From: Patescibacteria group bacterium
GTDB lineage: Bacteria; Patescibacteriota; Minisyncoccia; Phycocordibacterales; UBA9973
Length of the DNA: 55,743 nt
Direction: 5' to 3'
Assembly: GCA_040384365.1 (NCBI GenBank)
Contig: JAZKJK010000017.1
Span: forward strand, 1-55,743
Shown piece by piece: positions 50,454 to 55,743 of the stretch; position 1 is the first letter of the stretch; each line of letters starts with the position of its first letter. The notes under the pieces were generated by a model that made no database searches, was not told the origin of the DNA, and saw nothing but the letters and a program-made list of their open reading frames with translations. Both the position numbers and the translations under genes were made by a program.

Positions 50454-51418
50454 AACAATTTATACGCGCGTTTGATTATACTAGGGATAGCAAATGGATT
50501 TAAAAAGGCGACGGAGCCGATAGAGATACTGTCAGCTCCAGCAACGAGCAATTTATCTACGTCTTTTTTGTAAAGCACCCCACCTCCGCCATTTATATGT
50601 TTAGTGAATCCGGCTTTTCGTAATTCTTTTATTTGTTCAACTACTAATGGCAGAAGCGGAGCGCCAGAGAGCCCGCCGGCTGTCGGCACGGATAGGTTCC
50701 TCTTTAAAAGTGGTGAACCTTTTGGAAATAATTTTTTCCATTTAATTTTATCTGGGAAAGAGCCGAAGTTCACTGTATTTGAAGTAGAAATGGCGTGGCA
50801 GTTCTGGTGTTGTCCAAAAATAATTATATTTTCTATGGGCATTTCCACGCTTATTTTTAAAATAATTGCGATGCCGACCCCGACCAAAGGTTCGCACATA
50901 TCAAGCATTTTTAGTATTTCTTTTAGTTCGGGATTATCGTGCCCTGTGTTTGGACAGGTGACATTGAGTTGCAGGCCGACCGGTGCTAGAAATTTTGGAT
51001 GCTCACGCAAAAGTATTTTAATAAATCCATCTAATTCGCTCAATCTTTCCAATTCTGAATTAGCCACCGACATAAAAGAAAGTTGGAAGGGTTTTTTCTT
51101 CTCCTGCAGTTGTGGCGACGTCAGCACTATCTCTGCCCCTGGGCCACTTAGACTTACCGCGTTCAGAGCACACCCGTGTATTAAATTTAAGTAGATACTT
51201 TTCGGCAAGATTTCTGTCGGCATTAGATTTTTCTTGAGTGGCATGTTGCCCAGGCGTTCCCGCAAGGTGACAGTTTTGGACACGAATGTTAATTTTTTGA
51301 AATTGATGCCGAGAACTTTCAGGATTCGGTGATACGGCCAGCCTTGTCCATAAAAATTCAGGAATCCAGACATTCCCCAGATCGGTCCAAAATCAATACC
51401 ATTTATCAGTTTTTTCAT
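50450..51418 (-). CDS. pyrD: dihydroorotate dehydrogenase-like TIM-barrel flavoprotein
   Basis: ...SGPG..., LNVTCPNTGH, and a C-terminal NGGGGVLYKKDVDKLLVAGADSISIGSVAF. Confidence 0.6.
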   Translation of the reverse strand: MKKLINGIDFGPIWGMSGFLNFYGQGWPYHRILKVLGINFKKLTFVSKTVTLRERLGNMPLKKNLMPTEILPKSIYLNLIHGCALNAVSLSGPGAEIVLTSPQLQEKKKPFQLSFMSVANSELERLSELDGFIKILLREHPKFLAPVGLQLNVTCPNTGHDNPELKEILKMLDMCEPLVGVGIAIILKISVEMPIENIIIFGQHQNCHAISTSNTVNFGSFPDKIKWKKLFPKGSPLLKRNLSVPTAGGLSGAPLLPLVVEQIKELRKAGFTKHINGGGGVLYKKDVDKLLVAGADSISIGSVAFLNPFAIPSIIKRAYKLF

Positions 51419-51445
51419 TGCTATAAATATAACACAAAAAGGGGT

Positions 51446-51473
51446 TTGACAATGTTTTTTTATCTGCTAATAT
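51446..51473 (+). promoter_or_regulatory. candidate tuf promoter
   Basis: TTGACA (51446..51451), 16 nt, TAATAT (51468..51473). Confidence 0.5.
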
Positions 51474-51618
51474 ACTAACTAACTGCACTTTTGCAGTTTT
51501 TGTTTTGTTTTTTACATTATTAATAATATCGTTAGTAGTTAAGCCTTAGCAGCTGGTTCTCGTATGTTAAGTTTTAATTATTAGCTTGCCCCGCCGTGCG
51601 CGGGGCGCAAATAATAAA

Positions 51619-52812
51619 ATGTCAGAAGAATTTAAAAGAGATAAGCCACACGTAAACGTAGGTACTATCGGTCACGTCGACCACGGTAAGACTACTTTAA
51701 CAGCAGCCATCCTGCATGTGTTAAACATGGCTGGCAAGACAGTTCGCCTAAGAGGTGTTGATCAGATTGACTCAGCCCCAGAAGAAAAGGCGAGAGGTAT
51801 TACCATCAACATTTCTCACAACGAGTACGCGACAGATGCTCGCCACTATGCGCACATCGATGCTCCTGGACACGCTGACTATATCAAGAACATGATTACT
51901 GGTGCCGCTCAAATGGACGGTGCTATTCTCGTGGTTGCAGCGACTGATGGTGCGATGCCTCAGACTCGTGAGCACGTTCTTCTTGCCAAACAAGTTGGTG
52001 TTCCAAAAATGATTGTTTTCCTAAACAAGTGCGATATGGTGGATGACAAAGAAATGATTGACCTAGTTGAGGAGGAAATACGAGAACTTCTAACGAAGCA
52101 AGGTTTCGACGGCGCTGGCGCTCCAGTCATCCGCGGTTCTGGACTAAAAGCCCTTGAAGCAAAGTCCATTGATGACCCATGGGCGAAGAAAGTTCTAGAA
52201 CTTACAGACGCTCTAGATACATACATCCCTATTCCAGTTCGAGATTTAGCAAAGCCCTTCCTTATGCCAGTGGAAGACATATTCTCTATCGAAGGCCGCG
52301 GCACTGTGGTGACTGGTAAGATCGAAAGAGGCATAGTCAAGGTAGATGAAGATGTAGAAATCGTCGGAATCAAGCCTACTCAGAAATCAACTGTTACCGG
52401 TATTGAAATGTTCAACAAGAATCTAAGAGAAGGTCAGGCTGGCGACAACGCTGGTATTCTTCTCCGTGGTTTGAAGAAAGAAGACATCACTCGCGGACAA
52501 GTCCTTTGTAAGCCGGGCACGACTACTCCACACGACAATTTCACTGCAGAAATATACGTTTTGAAAAAGGAAGAAGGTGGACGTCACACTCCTTTCTTCA
52601 AAGGTTACAAGCCTCAATTCTATATTCGCACTACAGACGTGACTGGAGATGTGACTCTCGCTGAAGGTACAGAGATGGTTATGCCAGGAGACACAGTCAA
52701 GATTACCGTTAAATTAGTCACTCCGGTCGCCTTGGAGGAATCACAGAGATTCGCCATCCGTGAAGGAGGCAAGACTGTCGGAGCCGGGGTGGTTACAAAA
52801 ATTCTTGGATAG
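51619..52812 (+). CDS. tuf: elongation factor Tu
   Basis: [31 protein letters not shown], and NKCD. Start at the internal ATG 51619. Confidence 0.95.
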   Translation: MSEEFKRDKPHVNVGTIGHVDHGKTTLTAAILHVLNMAGKTVRLRGVDQIDSAPEEKARGITINISHNEYATDARHYAHIDAPGHADYIKNMITGAAQMDGAILVVAATDGAMPQTREHVLLAKQVGVPKMIVFLNKCDMVDDKEMIDLVEEEIRELLTKQGFDGAGAPVIRGSGLKALEAKSIDDPWAKKVLELTDALDTYIPIPVRDLAKPFLMPVEDIFSIEGRGTVVTGKIERGIVKVDEDVEIVGIKPTQKSTVTGIEMFNKNLREGQAGDNAGILLRGLKKEDITRGQVLCKPGTTTPHDNFTAEIYVLKKEEGGRHTPFFKGYKPQFYIRTTDVTGDVTLAEGTEMVMPGDTVKITVKLVTPVALEESQRFAIREGGKTVGAGVVTKILG

Positions 52813-52844
52813 TAAAGTTATAAAGTTTAAAGTAAATTAGTACC

Positions 52845-53264
52845 ATGACAACAACAGAGACAAAAACAAAAAAGCCTAAGGCGGAAAAATCTGCAACTGC
52901 TAAAATCCATAAGGCAAAGGTCTCTAGAGTTTCCCCTAAAAAAGACAAAGAAGATGCAAAGGTGGTGCTCCGTATTCGGGTGCGAGCCTATGAAAGCAAG
53001 ATTTTGGATGCTTCGGTGAAGCAGATCATGGATACAGCGCAACGTCATGATGCTATCATCGTCGGTCCGGTGCCACTGCCAACTGAAATCAAAAAATATA
53101 CAGTCAATCGCTCTCCATTTATTTACAAGAATACCAGAGAGCAATTTGAAATTCGCGTCCACAAAAGATTGATTGATATTATAAATCCAAATGCAAAGAC
53201 CATCGAGTCTCTGACCAATTTGTCGCTGCCTTCTGGAGTAGATATTGACGTGAAAATGTTATAA
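52845..53264 (+). CDS. rpsJ: 30S ribosomal protein S10 with a Lys-rich N-terminal extension of about 37 aa
   Basis: Core LRIRVRAYESKILDASVKQIMDTAQRHDAIIVGPVPLPTEIKKYTVNRSPF..K.SREQFEIRVHKRLIDI, preceded by MTTTETKTKKPKAEKSATAKIHKAK... Confidence 0.9.
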   Translation: MTTTETKTKKPKAEKSATAKIHKAKVSRVSPKKDKEDAKVVLRIRVRAYESKILDASVKQIMDTAQRHDAIIVGPVPLPTEIKKYTVNRSPFIYKNTREQFEIRVHKRLIDIINPNAKTIESLTNLSLPSGVDIDVKML

Positions 53265-53279
53265 CAGTATTTTAATTGT

Positions 53280-53894
53280 ATGAAATTCATTCTGGCGACA
53301 AAAGAAAATATGACCGAGTATTTCTCCGAAGACGGAGTGGTTATTCCAGTTACCATACTCTCCGCTGGACCGGTGACAGTCACTAGAATTTTTGAGAAGT
53401 CGAAAGACGGGTATAATTCTGTTCAAGTCGGCTATGGAGTTCAAAAGAAAGAGAGAATCAGTCGCGGCCGAGCGGGCGCCATGAAGGGAGCTTTTTATAA
53501 GGACATTAAAGAATTCAGATTAAAACCTAGCGACAAGAGTGAAGCCAAAGCTGGCGATGTCATCGATGTTTCTATCTTTGCGCCGGGAGACAAACTTCAG
53601 ATAACTCGTGTCTCCAAAGGTAAGGGCTTTCAAGGTGTGGTCAAGCGTCATGGTTTCGCTGGAGGTCCGCGTACTCACGGTCAAAAGCATTCTGAAAGAG
53701 AGGCGGGAAGTATTGGTGGCGGACTACGCACCCATGTTCCTAAAGGCATGAGAATGGCCGGCCGCATGGGCTCTGATCGTATCACCCAAAAGAATTTGAA
53801 AGTAGTTTCTGTCGATAAAGAAAACAATATTTTGCTTATCAAAGGCGCCATAGCCGGTAAGCGTGGAAGTTTGGTTGAAATCATCGCAAGATAA
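53280..53894 (+). CDS. rplC: 50S ribosomal protein L3
   Basis: ...VSKGKGFQGVVKRHGFAGGPRTHGQKH.ER..GSIG. Confidence 0.95.
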   Translation: MKFILATKENMTEYFSEDGVVIPVTILSAGPVTVTRIFEKSKDGYNSVQVGYGVQKKERISRGRAGAMKGAFYKDIKEFRLKPSDKSEAKAGDVIDVSIFAPGDKLQITRVSKGKGFQGVVKRHGFAGGPRTHGQKHSEREAGSIGGGLRTHVPKGMRMAGRMGSDRITQKNLKVVSVDKENNILLIKGAIAGKRGSLVEIIAR

Positions 53895-53902
53895 TAAATT
53901 AT

Positions 53903-54562
53903 ATGGAAGCAAAAATTTACAATCAAAAAGGAGCGGAGGCGGGGACAATAAGTCTTCCAGCTAAAGTCTTTGCGGCCAAGTGGAGAAGCGACCTCGTGCA
54001 CCAAGTTGTGCAGAGTATGCGGAGCAACAAACGTGCTGGCACAGCCGACACCAAAGACCGAGGAGAAGTTCGCGGTGGAGGTAAAAAGCCTTGGAAACAA
54101 AAGGGTACTGGACGAGCACGTCATGGATCATCGCGCAGTCCTATCTGGGTTGGCGGCGGTGTGACTCATGGACCTCTTGCTGAGAAAAACTACAAGAGAA
54201 AAATCAGTAAGAGTATGCGCGCGCAAGCGCTCTTTTCTGTACTCTCCAAGAAATTAAAGGATGGGGAAATAATTTTTGTGGATACTCTGGATATGCCTAA
54301 GATCAAGACCAAGGATGCAGTCAAAGTAGTGCAAAATTTGGCGAAAGTCTCCGGTTGGAAAACTGTTGATGCTTCAAAGAAGCCTCGCGTCTTGACCGCG
54401 CTTTTCGGACGCAATGACAAGACAGAGAAAAGTTATAGAAATATACCGTCTTTAGAGATAGTTTTTTTGAAAAATATAAATCCGTTCGATGTGCTTAATT
54501 ACAAATACCTTTTGATAGAAAATCCGACTGAAAGTATTAAATTTTTAGAGTCCCGAGGGTAG
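53903..54562 (+). CDS. rplD: 50S ribosomal protein L4
   Basis: ...RGEVRGGGKKPWKQKGTGRARHGSSRSPIWVGGGV.HGP. Confidence 0.95.
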   Translation: MEAKIYNQKGAEAGTISLPAKVFAAKWRSDLVHQVVQSMRSNKRAGTADTKDRGEVRGGGKKPWKQKGTGRARHGSSRSPIWVGGGVTHGPLAEKNYKRKISKSMRAQALFSVLSKKLKDGEIIFVDTLDMPKIKTKDAVKVVQNLAKVSGWKTVDASKKPRVLTALFGRNDKTEKSYRNIPSLEIVFLKNINPFDVLNYKYLLIENPTESIKFLESRG

Positions 54563-54600
54563 ATAGTTGAAAGTTATAAAGCTCATAAAGTTATAAAGAA

Positions 54601-54870
54601 ATGATAAACATAATCAAAAATCCAAGAATCACCGAGAAAGCGTCTTTTGGCATCGAGCACAATGCCTATACTTTTGATGTCACTGCAAAGGCAAACAAGA
54701 CAGAAATAAAGAAGGCCATCTTTGCGCTTTATAAAGTCAATCCGGTGAAAGTGAATGTTCTGAGTATCCCAAAGAAGGCTGTTATGTCCAGAGGTAAAGC
54801 GGGCACAAAAGGCGGAGGCAGAAAGGCCCTTGTATATTTAAAAAAGGGTGATAAGATAGAATTCGTGTAA
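54601..54870 (+). CDS. rplW: 50S ribosomal protein L23
   Basis: I..P.ITEKA.......AYTF.V...ANKTEIKKAI...Y.V.P..VN. Confidence 0.9.
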   Translation: MINIIKNPRITEKASFGIEHNAYTFDVTAKANKTEIKKAIFALYKVNPVKVNVLSIPKKAVMSRGKAGTKGGGRKALVYLKKGDKIEFV

Positions 54871-54957
54871 TGAATCACGGATAACACTGATAAAAACTGA
54901 TCGACACCGATATCAGAGTTAATCAGAAATTTATCAGAGTTAATCGGTAGCGAAGCT

Positions 54958-55743
54958 ATGAAAACATATAAACCAACAAGTAAATCACGAAGACAAATGA
55001 CCCATGTTCCATATCGGGAACTGTTGAGTCACACCGAGCCGACCAAGTCTTTAACTCACGGTTTTTACCGCCGAGTTGGTAGAAATAGCGCGGGGCGCAT
55101 CACCGTCCGTCACAAAGGAGCAGGGCACAAGCGCCTGTATCGAGATGTGGACTTTTTATACAACAAGAAAGACATTCCAGCTGTAATCAAATCTGTCGAA
55201 TACGATCCGAACCGCTCAGCTTTTATCGGGCTCGCTGTATATAAAGACGGAGAAAAGAGATATGTGGTATTGCCAAAGTCCGTAAAGCCAGGCGACTCTT
55301 TTATCGTATCTACTAAAGCTCCTCTCTCACCAGCAAACAGACTGCCTTTGAAAGAAATTCCTGTCGGAACTTTTGTTTACAATGTTGAGATACAACCAAA
55401 TGGCGGAGCAAAGATCGGCCGCTCTGCTGGAATATTCGCGCAAGTCGTGGCCAACGCTGAAGGGTACACCAACTTGAAGATGCCTTCGACTGAAGTCAGA
55501 AAAATAAATGAAAATTGTTGGGCGTGTGTCGGGACTGTATCTAATGACGAACATCATTTGGAAAATTGGGGTAAAGCTGGCCGAACTCGCTGGAAGGGAA
55601 TTCGTCCGACAGTTCGCGGTACGGCTATGAACCCAGTCGACCATCCATACGGAGGAGGTGAAGGTAGACAAGGCCGAGGTACCAAGCGTCCAAAGACTAT
55701 GTGGGGTAAAGTGACCGGTGGCCGCAAGACTCGCAAGCCAAAG
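54958..55743 (+). CDS. rplB: 50S ribosomal protein L2, first 262 codons (runs off right edge)
   Basis: Own translation from ATG 54958: MKTYKPTSKSRRQMTHVPYRELL...GRNSAGRITVRHKGAGHKRLYRDVDF... Continues in frame to the end of the window. Confidence 0.9.
   Translation, partial: MKTYKPTSKSRRQMTHVPYRELLSHTEPTKSLTHGFYRRVGRNSAGRITVRHKGAGHKRLYRDVDFLYNKKDIPAVIKSVEYDPNRSAFIGLAVYKDGEKRYVVLPKSVKPGDSFIVSTKAPLSPANRLPLKEIPVGTFVYNVEIQPNGGAKIGRSAGIFAQVVANAEGYTNLKMPSTEVRKINENCWACVGTVSNDEHHLENWGKAGRTRWKGIRPTVRGTAMNPVDHPYGGGEGRQGRGTKRPKTMWGKVTGGRKTRKPK

Noticed and set aside
55327-55736. Minus-strand ORFs of 114 and 60 aa.
   Set aside because: They are antisense to the highly conserved rplB coding sequence.
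1-55743. Alternative genetic code (UGA recoded, as in some CPR lineages).
   Set aside because: Well-conserved genes such as the SBP at 15943, copA at 27007 and the CofE-like gene at 38574 end at TGA at the expected length. No conserved protein shows an in-frame TGA.

Overview
The window is AT-rich, at roughly 35-40% GC on the 60-nt lines I sampled. It is gene-dense and looks like a reduced Patescibacteria/CPR (Parcubacteria-like) genome, based on many translation genes, type IV pilus genes, extended ribosomal proteins, small hypothetical membrane proteins, and a secE-nusG-rplK cluster with no rplA after it. All family calls rest on motif recognition by eye; no searches were run.

Recognisable content:
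- Translation and RNA: rpsT, rplS, rpmB, secE-nusG-rplK, a split rpsL-rpsG / fusA / tuf region, the start of the S10 operon (rpsJ-rplC-rplD-rplW-rplB), and seven tRNAs.
- DNA repair and RNA modification: ruvA (partial), ruvX, an MGMT-like gene, an HNH endonuclease, two pseudouridine synthases, tsaC, and a DEAD-box helicase.
- Envelope and transport: pilMNO, murB, a P-type ATPase, VKOR, and a CsoR-CopA copper module with a textbook operator.
- Nucleotide and folate metabolism: pyrE/F/D and a folate/thymidylate cluster with Chlamydia-type CADD and CofE-like genes.

The standout is a complete diversity-generating retroelement (DGR) at about 30.2-32.9 kb.
- It has a 114-bp TR/VR pair that differs at 20 positions, and all 20 are adenines in the TR.
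- It has a DGR-type reverse transcriptase and an Avd-like four-helix-bundle gene.
- Three features are unusual. The Avd-like gene is inverted and lacks a canonical start unless a G11 homopolymer changes length. The target protein is short, shows no signal peptide or lectin signature, and is much more GC-rich than the RT.

Other notable items:
- A roughly 3.8-kb GC-rich island abuts the 3' end of tRNA-Arg(UCU). It carries an amino-acid ABC transporter, a Dam-like N-terminal fragment and an apparent recombinase tail.
- A Cas2/PaaX-like ORF bracketed by perfect 30-bp inverted repeats sits between rpsG and fusA.
- Covarying hairpin repeats lie upstream of folP.
- Two tRNAs are atypical.

I saw no rRNA genes and no CRISPR array.
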